A stretch of DNA of 32,000 nt, from positions 1,980,001-2,012,000 of the forward strand of contig NZ_CP065936.1 of assembly GCF_003367075.2 (NCBI RefSeq), written 5' to 3'. The DNA is from Cylindrospermopsis raciborskii Cr2010 (GTDB lineage Bacteria > Cyanobacteriota > Cyanobacteriia > Cyanobacteriales > Nostocaceae). The translations under genes and the position numbers were made by a program. Positions 8,312 to 16,488 of this stretch are shown here, one piece after another (position 1 is the stretch's first letter; every line of letters starts with the position of its first letter). Under the pieces are notes generated by a model. It saw nothing but the letters and a program-made list of their open reading frames with translations, did no database searches and was not told the origin of the DNA.

Positions 8312-11300
8312 TCCCACGCTTCTAATACTAATCTTTGGGTTCTATATTCTCCATATTGTTTGATTTCATTGTTCTTTAAAACTCTAAATGTTTCACTAGG
8401 AAAATCTACACCATATACATCCGCAGGATCTAATATATATCTCAGTTCATCACGGGTTAAACCATAAAGTTTAGCGTAATATGCGTCTAATTCTGCTCTG
8501 ATTAATGCACGTCTGTTAGGATTCCAAATGAATGGAGGGAGTTGAGAATCAAAATTCGGGAGTTGTAAGTCAAGTGCAAAGGGTTGCATATCCCAGGATG
8601 TGTATACTAATTCTAATACGCGGGGGGCAATATATTCTATGTCTTTTTCTGTGTATCTTTCTGGGGGAATAACTGGAAGTTGTTTGACTATGAAAAAACT
8701 AAAGCTAGTTCCTCCCAATTTTTGACGAGTGACAAAATCAAAAACTAAACTATTAACATTAGCTAGAAATAAACAATAAAATTGAGGTTTATTTTGTTTT
8801 AACAAAACCAATGGTGCTTTATGATTTACAGCAACTTTAGGTAATAAGCTAAAAATTGCAGTACGTTCATCAGTTGAACGACAAATATCTCTAAAACCTA
8901 ACAACCAATTTTTATCCCATCTCCCACTTAACTTATTTTCAACTTCCTTTTTATCTACCCAATAACGAGGTTTAATAGTAAAAGATAAATCGCTTTTTTC
9001 ATCATCTGTTAAATCACGAGTATCACCATTATCTGTATAAGTCGCCCAACGGTGATCAAATTGATGAAACATTTTCGCTTCATATAATGGGACTTTCAGA
9101 TCCGGGACTTCTTGAAGAAGTCCCGGATCTTGGGTGTGAAATAACCCGCTATCATTAGCCATATCAAACATACGCATAAACGAAAAATTCCAAGGGTTAA
9201 TTCCCGTTTTCTCATTTTCCAAAACTGGCACATTTTGATATATCTTTTTAGTTAATTCCGCATCTTTGCTAGTTCTAAAAACTGGACAAGTGAGAGTATT
9301 AGGATTAATTAATGCTATATCTTGCGGTGCAAGTTGAAACAACCGCGTTTGATTTTCTAATTGTTTAGGTTGAGTTAAGAAAAAAGCAAAATTACCCCGT
9401 TTTATTGCTTGACTAGTCATAGCAAGTAAAGAAAATTTATAACTGCGATGTACAGAAGTGAATATTGCTTCTCTATTTTCAAAATCATACAAACTTGCTA
9501 AATTCTGCTTTTGAATTAAATCACCAAAAAACCGTTTACAAGTATCATCAGTAGCAATACCAGTGGGAACAATTACCCCAACCCTACCATTACTATTAAT
9601 TAACCTTCTCATAGTTTCTGCAAACACAGCATAAGTATTAATATCACCCACAGCAGTTAACGGAAATCTCCCCGACTCCCGAATAAACCTACTTTGTGCT
9701 TCCGCATCATGTTTAGCATCCTCAAAAGCTTGCGCCAATGCTGGATTTTTCTTAGGTAATTCCTTAATCAACTTTTCCCGTGCTGCTTTATTTTGTGCAT
9801 TAGCAATTTCTAAACTGCGAGAGGCGAAAAACTCCTTTTCTTGTAACTTAATTCTCTCCCAAGGAGGATTACCCAAAACACAACTAAAACCACCTTCTTC
9901 AAAAACTTCTGGAAACTCTAAAGGCCAGTGAAAGAAATTATATTTACTAGCTAAATTATTCGCAGCATCAATTAACCCTTGTAATTCATAATTCGTAATT
10001 CGTAATTCGTAATTAGATTGAGAATTGAGGATTTTTTGGACAATTTCACGTTTTAACTCTTCTAGTTTTGCTGTAGTTGGTAAAAGTTGTAAATTATGTT
10101 CAGTCAAATACATAAAAAACGCCGCAGTCCATAAATTACAAGCTGCTTTTTTCAACCACCAATTATTATCTAAAAGATTATCCTGATATTTTTTCTCTTT
10201 TTCTTTAACTTCCTCAGGTGTATTTTCAGAAAAGTTCGCTAATTCTTGCCATAATTTAGCAAAGATGTAATTATGATCAGCAGAAGTTTCAAAAATAGAT
10301 AATTGTCCTTGACTGTCTTTTTCTTTTTTATTCCGCTTTTTCAAATTTGTAGATAATTTCTTATCATCTCCTGTGACAGGTGTAAAAGCATTATCTGGAA
10401 TGCCATCATTTAAACAATCTAAATCTAATACCCCCACCAAAGAATTACCGCATTTAATTCTATGGTCTAAAAAATTCAATGGTTTATCAGTAGAAAACCC
10501 TTCTATCCATAAAGCCACCTTACACAAATCTACCGCCAAAGGGTTTAAATCTACGCCATAAATACAATTTTGAATTACATCTCTAATGGCAATTCTTAAA
10601 TATTCTGGTGCTGGTTCTGCTTCCCCAGTTCTAATTTTCGCTAATTCCTTACCTATGCGTCGTGCTGCTGCTAATAAAAAATGTCCAGAACCACAAGCGG
10701 GATCTATGACTTTAATACTTAATAGAGATAATTCGTAATTCGTAATTCGTAATGCTCCCTTCGGGAGAGCTTCGCTAACGTAATTCGTAATTCGTAATGC
10801 TCCCTTCGGGAGAGCTTCGCTAACGTAATTCGTAATTTCAGACTCCGTATTATTACCCGACTCTCGACTCCCGACTCTCAACTCCCTATTATTCGACTCC
10901 CGTAATTTTTCTTCTATTACTGGTTCTAAAGCTGTTTTAATTAACTGTTGGACAAGTTGGGGAGGTGTGTAATAAGAACCTGTGGTTTTTCTATCAGTTC
11001 CAAAAATTAAGTTAAATTCATAAATTCCTTGGCTGTTATTAACTTGTGGGTGAAAATCTAATAAACTTTCATACACACTACCCAACTCTTCCACATCTAA
11101 AGCAGCATAATTTACCCGTCGTAATTGTCCCTTATCTTCATACAAAGATAAACAACGAATGGCAGTTAATAAATCATAATTATCAATACCACAATCATCT
11201 AAATCTGTCAATGTTTGTGAACCAAACAAACCACCATTTAAAGGCGATAAACCTAAAATTCTACCGCGCCAATCTTCATCAAATAATTTAAAAGTGACTC

Positions 11301-12426
11301 GTAAACCTTGCCAAATATCTTGAAAACCTTCCCGACGATAGCGGGGATGTTCCGCTAATTCTCTTAATCTTTCAATGCTGTAATATTTAAGATAGATTCT
11401 CGCTTTTTCTGCGTCTTCTCCTACCAATAATAAATTACGGGATTCTGCCACCATTAAGAATAAGAGACGATAAATTAATCTTAATAATTGACGATAATAA
11501 ATTAATTCATAATTCGTAATATTTCCTTCGGAAACCCTACGCGAACGTAATTCGTAATTATCCGAGTATCTTTGGCGGAGATTTTCACTATCACGATGTT
11601 GTAAAAAACCATTACCTAGATGCACCAAGGCTTTTTCTACCCCATCCCGCAGTCTGTCGCGTACTCTTCCCCCTTGCTGTAAACTCTCTTGATGGTAATA
11701 TTCTAACCAGCATTTATCCGCATCATCCGCAGTTTCTGGTAAGCGCGAACGGTGGAAAAGCCTATAAAATAAACCAAATTCAGCAAATTTTTCGCCATTA
11801 AGAATCTGCTCTAAGTCAAATTCGATATAAGTAAGGCGAGTCATCAAAGACGAGTCACGTAATAACCGCCAACGAAAACCATTAGTAGTGATAGCCCAAA
11901 GATGCTCAGTCTTGTTGAGATAGTCTTGTACTAAAGCGTGTGCTGATAATCGAGGTGTACCACTAGGAGGACGTTTATCAATATCCAGACGACAACCAAT
12001 AATGTGGATCGGGGGATAATTCGTAATTCGTAATGCTCCCTTCGGGAGAGCTTCGCTAACGTAATTCGTAATTGAAGAGTCGGATGGTAATACTGCACGA
12101 TGGGAGATAGCATAGGTTTGTTCTTCCACTACCTCAGCTTTCGGGGTATATACGGGGATATAACCAAGACTACGTAACAAAGGAACTGCCCACATTTCAC
12201 GGGTAACGCTAGTAGCAGTATCTTCAGCGTTTAACCTTTCTAATTGACGTTGAAATGCGACCCAATAAGACTTAACATCACCCCAAGCGATCGCAATTTC
12301 ATCTTCAAGCTTATCAGTTTTAGATAACCCAAAATCTGATGGTGTTTGTCCTTTGATATTACCTGTTAATAGTTCAGTGGTAATATCAGGTGTTAATAGG
12401 TTGCCTTCAAATTGAATACCAATCAT
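8302..12426 (-). CDS. drmMI: large N6-adenine DNA methyltransferase, Eco57I/type IIG-like (DISARM DrmMI-like)
   Basis: SAM-binding motif I VIDPACGSGHFLLAA and catalytic motif IV VLGNPPWERIK. Size about 1,370 aa. I call the start at MIGIQFEGNLL (ATG 12426). The ORF track start at 12537 only extends through the all-frames-open heptamer tract into the upstream gene. The gene carries four in-frame repeat insertions, listed separately. Confidence 0.85.
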   Translation of the reverse strand: MIGIQFEGNLLTPDITTELLTGNIKGQTPSDFGLSKTDKLEDEIAIAWGDVKSYWVAFQRQLERLNAEDTATSVTREMWAVPLLRSLGYIPVYTPKAEVVEEQTYAISHRAVLPSDSSITNYVSEALPKGALRITNYPPIHIIGCRLDIDKRPPSGTPRLSAHALVQDYLNKTEHLWAITTNGFRWRLLRDSSLMTRLTYIEFDLEQILNGEKFAEFGLFYRLFHRSRLPETADDADKCWLEYYHQESLQQGGRVRDRLRDGVEKALVHLGNGFLQHRDSENLRQRYSDNYELRSRRVSEGNITNYELIYYRQLLRLIYRLLFLMVAESRNLLLVGEDAEKARIYLKYYSIERLRELAEHPRYRREGFQDIWQGLRVTFKLFDEDWRGRILGLSPLNGGLFGSQTLTDLDDCGIDNYDLLTAIRCLSLYEDKGQLRRVNYAALDVEELGSVYESLLDFHPQVNNSQGIYEFNLIFGTDRKTTGSYYTPPQLVQQLIKTALEPVIEEKLRESNNRELRVGSRESGNNTESEITNYVSEALPKGALRITNYVSEALPKGALRITNYELSLLSIKVIDPACGSGHFLLAAARRIGKELAKIRTGEAEPAPEYLRIAIRDVIQNCIYGVDLNPLAVDLCKVALWIEGFSTDKPLNFLDHRIKCGNSLVGVLDLDCLNDGIPDNAFTPVTGDDKKLSTNLKKRNKKEKDSQGQLSIFETSADHNYIFAKLWQELANFSENTPEEVKEKEKKYQDNLLDNNWWLKKAACNLWTAAFFMYLTEHNLQLLPTTAKLEELKREIVQKILNSQSNYELRITNYELQGLIDAANNLASKYNFFHWPLEFPEVFEEGGFSCVLGNPPWERIKLQEKEFFASRSLEIANAQNKAAREKLIKELPKKNPALAQAFEDAKHDAEAQSRFIRESGRFPLTAVGDINTYAVFAETMRRLINSNGRVGVIVPTGIATDDTCKRFFGDLIQKQNLASLYDFENREAIFTSVHRSYKFSLLAMTSQAIKRGNFAFFLTQPKQLENQTRLFQLAPQDIALINPNTLTCPVFRTSKDAELTKKIYQNVPVLENEKTGINPWNFSFMRMFDMANDSGLFHTQDPGLLQEVPDLKVPLYEAKMFHQFDHRWATYTDNGDTRDLTDDEKSDLSFTIKPRYWVDKKEVENKLSGRWDKNWLLGFRDICRSTDERTAIFSLLPKVAVNHKAPLVLLKQNKPQFYCLFLANVNSLVFDFVTRQKLGGTSFSFFIVKQLPVIPPERYTEKDIEYIAPRVLELVYTSWDMQPFALDLQLPNFDSQLPPFIWNPNRRALIRAELDAYYAKLYGLTRDELRYILDPADVYGVDFPSETFRVLKNNEIKQYGEYRTQRLVLEAWDNS
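9981..10015. repeat. in-frame heptamer insertion inside the methylase (encodes SNYELRITNYELQ)
   Basis: Plus strand gtaattcataattcgtaattcgtaattcgtaatt, about 5 units. Confidence 0.9.
10730..10907. repeat. composite in-frame insertion inside the methylase: heptamers, two copies of a 27-nt hairpin mini-element, and a second heptamer family (GGGAGTC/T)
   Basis: Identical 27-mers gctcccttcgggagagcttcgctaacg at 10754-10780 and 10799-10825 (45-nt period), flanked by aattcgt units. A cgactcy tract lies at 10857-10886 and again at 10894-10907. Translation: RESNNRELRVGSRESGNNTESEITNYVSEALPKGALRITNYVSEALPKGALRITNYELS, ending a few residues before MTase motif I. Confidence 0.9.
11504..11559. repeat. composite in-frame insertion inside the methylase: heptamers plus a variant 27-nt hairpin element
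   Basis: aattcataattcgtaat + atttccttcggaaaccctacgcgaacg (stem TTTCC/GGAAA) + taattcgtaatt. Encodes NYELRSRRVSEGNITNYEL. Confidence 0.85.
12018..12073. repeat. composite in-frame insertion inside the methylase: heptamers plus the 27-nt hairpin element
   Basis: aattcgtaattcgtaat + gctcccttcgggagagcttcgctaacg (12035-12061, identical to the two copies near 10.8 kb) + taattcgtaatt. Encodes ITNYVSEALPKGALRITNY. Confidence 0.9.
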
Positions 12427-12432
12427 AGTTTT

Positions 12433-12492
12433 AATTCGTAATTCGTAATTCGTAATTCGTAATTCGTAATTCGTAATTCGTAATTCGTAATT
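12433..12492. repeat. heptamer tract, (AATTACG)n in minus-strand sense, 8 full units
   Basis: Read directly. It fills the gap between the four-helix-bundle gene stop (12493-12491) and the methylase ATG (12426). Confidence 0.97.
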
Positions 12493-12889
12493 ATTTTTCT
12501 TTGAGTTTTTTGGTAGAAGCGACCAAGATTTTCCCAATTTCGTTAGCTTCTTGGAGAAGAGAAGTAAATTTTGGTTTACTCACCAACTCTGATTCTATTA
12601 ATATTTCTAACCAATATTGAGTTTCTCTAGCTTCTTTAAGAGCTATTTCTAATTTATGAATAAAGTCTTTATCAGATTGAGCAGATTGAGATTCTCTAAC
12701 ATTTGCACCAATGGAAGTACCAGAACGAAGTAATTGTTTAGATATTGTCCGATAAACTCCTGATTTTTCATCAAGAAAGTAACAAGCCTTAATAATTCTA
12801 ATAGCAAATTGTTTTGTTCTATCTGTAATCGTGATATGATTGTTGGTTTTGATATTTACATTTGCATTTGTGTTTGTCACCTTTAACAT
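12491..12889 (-). CDS. four-helix-bundle protein (23S rRNA intervening-sequence protein family, PF05635-like)
   Basis: FAIRIIKACYFL...LLRSGTSIGANVRESQSAQSDKDFIHKLEIALKEARETQYWLEILIES matches the family pattern (..SIGANI.E...R.S.KDF..L.IA..E..ET.YWL.L). Confidence 0.8.
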   Translation of the reverse strand: MLKVTNTNANVNIKTNNHITITDRTKQFAIRIIKACYFLDEKSGVYRTISKQLLRSGTSIGANVRESQSAQSDKDFIHKLEIALKEARETQYWLEILIESELVSKPKFTSLLQEANEIGKILVASTKKLKEK

Positions 12890-12910
12890 CCTCCCTTGCT
12901 TCTTCTTTCT

Positions 12911-12970
12911 TAAATTACGAATTACGAATTACGAATTACGAATTACCAATTACGAATTACGAATTACGAA
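12911..12970. repeat. (AATTACG)n heptamer tract, about 8.5 units, one variant unit (AATTACC)
   Basis: Read directly. It lies between the SNF2 gene stop (13038) and the four-helix-bundle gene start (12889). Its orientation is inverted relative to the 12433-12492 tract. Confidence 0.97.
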
Positions 12971-13037
12971 TTCAGTTTTCATGACAATTTTGGTAACGGG
13001 TAATTAATAATTCTGTACATCCTAATTCCGACAAAAA

Positions 13038-15932
13038 TTATAAACTATTTTTACGTTTCCCTGGTTGTAAAATGTACACACCTAATAAATCCATCGGTAA
13101 TTGTGGTGTAACCTTAACATCCACCTCTTTAGTAATTTTCCTCACTCGTTGATGCGATTCATATAAAGAAAACGATCGCTCTTTGGCAAACACTTCTAAA
13201 TCTGCTTTTAACTCATCAAAAGAATTTAAAAAATCCTCAATTTCCTGTTTAGGATTAACAGCATTCCCCACAGGGTTAGCTTGTTCCAAAAAAGCTTTTG
13301 CTTCCAGTGGTGCTAACCAAACCGGGTTAGATGGTGGACCCGTAAACCCAACTACTACACATTCTTCTCCTAATAGTTCATAATTTCGCTTCTCAGAATT
13401 TCCACTTTCACTTAACTTACGATTACTAACTTTCTGTTTTAATAAATGTCGCAATCTAAATAACAATAAGGTAGTCCGTTTACTCACAGTATTCGTAATT
13501 GTAAAACCACATCTAGCAACTAAATCATTCTGATTATTCAGTAAAGCTACCTCTAAAATGTGCCGTGCTAAACCTTCAACCAAAAGATGATTTCGCCCTA
13601 CATATTCCACCCCCTCCGGTGCAGGAGTAGTGAAAGTAATTAGACGTTTTTCATTACCTAAAACGGGTTGTAAAAAACTGGGAATTGACGGTAATAACCA
13701 TGCTCGCTTTTTTTCAATCAAACCACAATTTAACTTTTCACAAGCATTTTTAACAAACCTTTCTACATCTTTTTCATTACCTAAAATTTCATCAGATTCT
13801 AATAACTCCTGTTCAACTTCTGTAGGTTTAATTGCCTTTTGGGCAAAACGAGTCCGACTGATCTTCTCCCTTTCTACGGCCTTATCCCATTGTTTATGCA
13901 CCTGTTCAACAGCAGATCCATCATCTAACAAATCCAATAAAGATAACTGTTGTGCATCCGTACTTTTATCAAATAAAGACTTAAACACCGCTTCCGAAAC
14001 AGTGATACTATCCACTGGCACTGGAACAGTAATTCCCAGAGTTTTATGTATTTGTACTGCTTTGCGAATTAAAACCTCTAAAACCGCCCCATCTACAGGA
14101 TTATCTTGACCATAAAGTAAACAACTTTTCACCTTTTCTGCTATTTGTCCATAACGGTCAATTCTCCCTTCTCTTTGTTCTAAACGGTTGGGATTCCAAG
14201 GTAAATCATAATGAATAACCGCACTAAAATGAGATTGTAAATTTATCCCTTCACTCAAACAATCAGTTGCCACTAATATCCTTTGAGGATAGGATTTTAA
14301 CTCGTTTAATTTTACTTCTCTCTCATCTTCTGACTGTTCCCCATGAATGGCAATTACCCGAATTTGAGAACCTTTCTTTTCTAACTTCTGCTTTAAATTT
14401 TCAGCCACATAATTAGCTGTATCAACATAACGACACCAGATAATTGGATGATGATTATTTGCTAAAAGATTCTGCACATAAATAGCACAAGCTTGTAATT
14501 TTTGGTCTTTATTACCCTGTAATTTTTCCGCAGCTTGAATAAAACCCCGCAGTTTGCGTTTATCAACATCTTTATAACTCCGCTGTCCCTGTTCTACGAC
14601 TACAGTGGGTGCAGCATCTACCGCTTGTTCCAAGTCCGTAGGATCATAAACATAAGAACTGAATAATTCGTAATTATTATTTTCCGACTCCCACATTTCC
14701 CCCAACTCCCGACTCCCAACTCCCAACTCCCGATTTAAACTACGATTTAAAGTAGAGATCGCAGCAGCAGGGGAAGACATCACACACCGAATTAAAGCCA
14801 AAGCTGACCAATAACGCCCCTGACGTTGGCCATAAGTCATATCTACCGTAGTATTTCTTACTAACCCCCGTGCAAAATTATAAACTTCCTCAAATAGTTC
14901 TTTATATTCCTTAGATAATTTATAGGGTTCCTCATCAGATTGACGTTCTGGAAAAGGTGTTTGATTACCCAACCACAATTTTACATCTGCACGTCGTCGT
15001 TGGATAAAATGACCAGCTAAATTATCTCGTTCTGTTTCTGTGAGTTTATCCAAAGTCAAATCAGCAAACTCTGCTTTTAATAAACCCAATAAAGATAAAA
15101 AAGATTCCTCAATTCCACTATGGGGAGTAGCAGTGAGTAATAATAAATGACGGGATCTTTTTTCAGCTATTTCGGTAATTAATTGATGTCGTTGTTGTTG
15201 GGATGTAGTCTTATTACTAGCACGGGTACAAGTATGAGCTTCATCTACAATCACAAAATCTGGGCAATGTTCAATAAAACTGGCTTTTCGCCGTTCTGAT
15301 TTGGCATAGTCTAAACTAACAATTATATGACGATAATAACTAAAAATATGAGAACCATTAGGTATTGCCCTTTCTAATTTAGAAGCTGTACCAGAACGAA
15401 CTACCACAGCATCAATATGGAATTTTTCTCTTAATTCTTGTTGCCATTGATCACATAAATGGGGAGGACACAATACAGCAATTCTGGCAATTTCTCCCCT
15501 GTCTAATAATTCTCTGACAATTAAACCAGCTTCAATAGTTTTACCAATGCCCACATCATCAGCAATTAATAATCTGACTGTTTCTAACCTTAAAGCCATT
15601 AACAATGGTACTAATTGATAGGGACGAGGACGCAAGGACAACCTACCCAAACAGCGAAAAGGACCCGCCCCACTCCGTAATAAATGCCTTGCAGCATCCA
15701 TCAATAATAAAGCTGCACTGTGGTCTTTTATACTGTCAGCAGTAGGTTTAGGAAAGGTAGCTGGTTCTAGGGTTTCTAGGTTTAAGTGCCGAAAAATACC
15801 AATAATTTCCTCTTCGTTGCCACTCAGGGGACAAAGGCGGATTAAGTCTGGGTTTTCATCTGGTAATACTACCCATTGCCGACTACGACAGCTGACAATG
15901 AAACCAGGGCTATAATTTAATGTATCTGTCAT
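13038..15932 (-). CDS. drmD: SNF2-family helicase (DISARM DrmD-like)
   Basis: Motif I LIADDVGIGKTIEAG, motif II FVIVDEAHTC, motif III LLLLTATPHSG, and helicase-C LVATDCLSEGINLQ / WNPNRLEQREGRIDRYGQ. 964 aa. It is the first gene of the minus-strand train. Confidence 0.85.
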   Translation of the reverse strand: MTDTLNYSPGFIVSCRSRQWVVLPDENPDLIRLCPLSGNEEEIIGIFRHLNLETLEPATFPKPTADSIKDHSAALLLMDAARHLLRSGAGPFRCLGRLSLRPRPYQLVPLLMALRLETVRLLIADDVGIGKTIEAGLIVRELLDRGEIARIAVLCPPHLCDQWQQELREKFHIDAVVVRSGTASKLERAIPNGSHIFSYYRHIIVSLDYAKSERRKASFIEHCPDFVIVDEAHTCTRASNKTTSQQQRHQLITEIAEKRSRHLLLLTATPHSGIEESFLSLLGLLKAEFADLTLDKLTETERDNLAGHFIQRRRADVKLWLGNQTPFPERQSDEEPYKLSKEYKELFEEVYNFARGLVRNTTVDMTYGQRQGRYWSALALIRCVMSSPAAAISTLNRSLNRELGVGSRELGEMWESENNNYELFSSYVYDPTDLEQAVDAAPTVVVEQGQRSYKDVDKRKLRGFIQAAEKLQGNKDQKLQACAIYVQNLLANNHHPIIWCRYVDTANYVAENLKQKLEKKGSQIRVIAIHGEQSEDEREVKLNELKSYPQRILVATDCLSEGINLQSHFSAVIHYDLPWNPNRLEQREGRIDRYGQIAEKVKSCLLYGQDNPVDGAVLEVLIRKAVQIHKTLGITVPVPVDSITVSEAVFKSLFDKSTDAQQLSLLDLLDDGSAVEQVHKQWDKAVEREKISRTRFAQKAIKPTEVEQELLESDEILGNEKDVERFVKNACEKLNCGLIEKKRAWLLPSIPSFLQPVLGNEKRLITFTTPAPEGVEYVGRNHLLVEGLARHILEVALLNNQNDLVARCGFTITNTVSKRTTLLLFRLRHLLKQKVSNRKLSESGNSEKRNYELLGEECVVVGFTGPPSNPVWLAPLEAKAFLEQANPVGNAVNPKQEIEDFLNSFDELKADLEVFAKERSFSLYESHQRVRKITKEVDVKVTPQLPMDLLGVYILQPGKRKNSL
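14662..14733. repeat. in-frame composite heptamer insertion inside the SNF2 gene (AATTACG units plus a GGGAGTY tract)
   Basis: aataattcgtaatt (14662-14675) and ccgactccc..cccaactcccgactcccaactcccaactcccga (14684-14733). Encodes NRELGVGSRELGEMWESENNNYELF. Confidence 0.85.
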
Positions 15933-16453
15933 TGTTTTCCCGTGTTACCAATGTTAACAGTATTGACGCTACCATCGCTAAAAGCGAGGGATTCCCTGTT
16001 CATCCAGTTACCTTATCTAGGAGACCTTTGAGGGTATTAGGGGGAATGTAAATGGTCATAGGTTTAAATTTGCACAGACTTATCCTACCACTCGACTCTT
16101 AGCTGCAGCTACTTGGTTGGGTGAGTCTGAATTGGCACGAACTGAGATCATATAGACCGTCAAAGCTCAGAACCTTATTGTTCAGTTTGTGTCTCATTTA
16201 GATGTGATCGGCATTGACCATTCTGTATCAACATAACATGGTATCAGGTTTTTTAAAAAAGTCAAGGGCTAGAGTTTAGGTTGGATTGAGAAAACCCAAC
16301 AAGGAATTCCCTCTAGTTTGGCAGATATTAAACAAGAAAGGTAATTCCAACACGGACCAATGATTAGAACTTAGTACAGACAAAACAAATCCTAAAATTG
16401 AAAGACTTGAAACCCAAACTCTCCCAACAGTTCCTCAGTATTAATCTCAAGAA

Positions 16454-16488
16454 GGCGATCTCCCCTAGGGAGTGCTTCGCAATCGTCC
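16454..16488. repeat. small hairpin dispersed-repeat copy, same family as the 27-nt element in the methylase
   Basis: ggcgatCTCCCctaGGGAGtgcttcgcaatcgtcc. Compare CTCCCttcGGGAGagcttcgctaacg at 10754, 10799 and 12035. Confidence 0.6.

Noticed and set aside
12427-12537. N-terminal extension of the methylase ORF (MGKSWSLLPKNSKKNNYELRITNYELRITNYELRIKT)
   Set aside because: The extension exists only because the heptamer tract is stop-free in all frames. It overlaps the upstream four-helix-bundle gene by 47 nt. The internal ATG at 12426 (MIGIQFEGNLL) is the more plausible start.
1593-12970. Heptamer tracts as CRISPR arrays
   Set aside because: They are pure 7-bp tandem units with no unique spacers, no 25-40-nt repeat period and no cas genes.
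13375-13400. Additional heptamer insertion in drmD (encoding ..SEKRNYELLGEE..)
   Set aside because: Only about one degenerate unit (ttcataatt) is present. That is too short to distinguish from chance in AT-rich coding sequence.
2401-14109. Short ORFs antisense to or nested in the three large defence genes (e.g. 2401..2631, 2915..3157, 6059..6262, 10373..10561, 11046..11291, 11931..12113, 13183..13383, 13630..14109)
   Set aside because: All are fully embedded in long ORFs that carry strong motifs. Their low-complexity translations are typical of shadow ORFs in AT-rich DNA.
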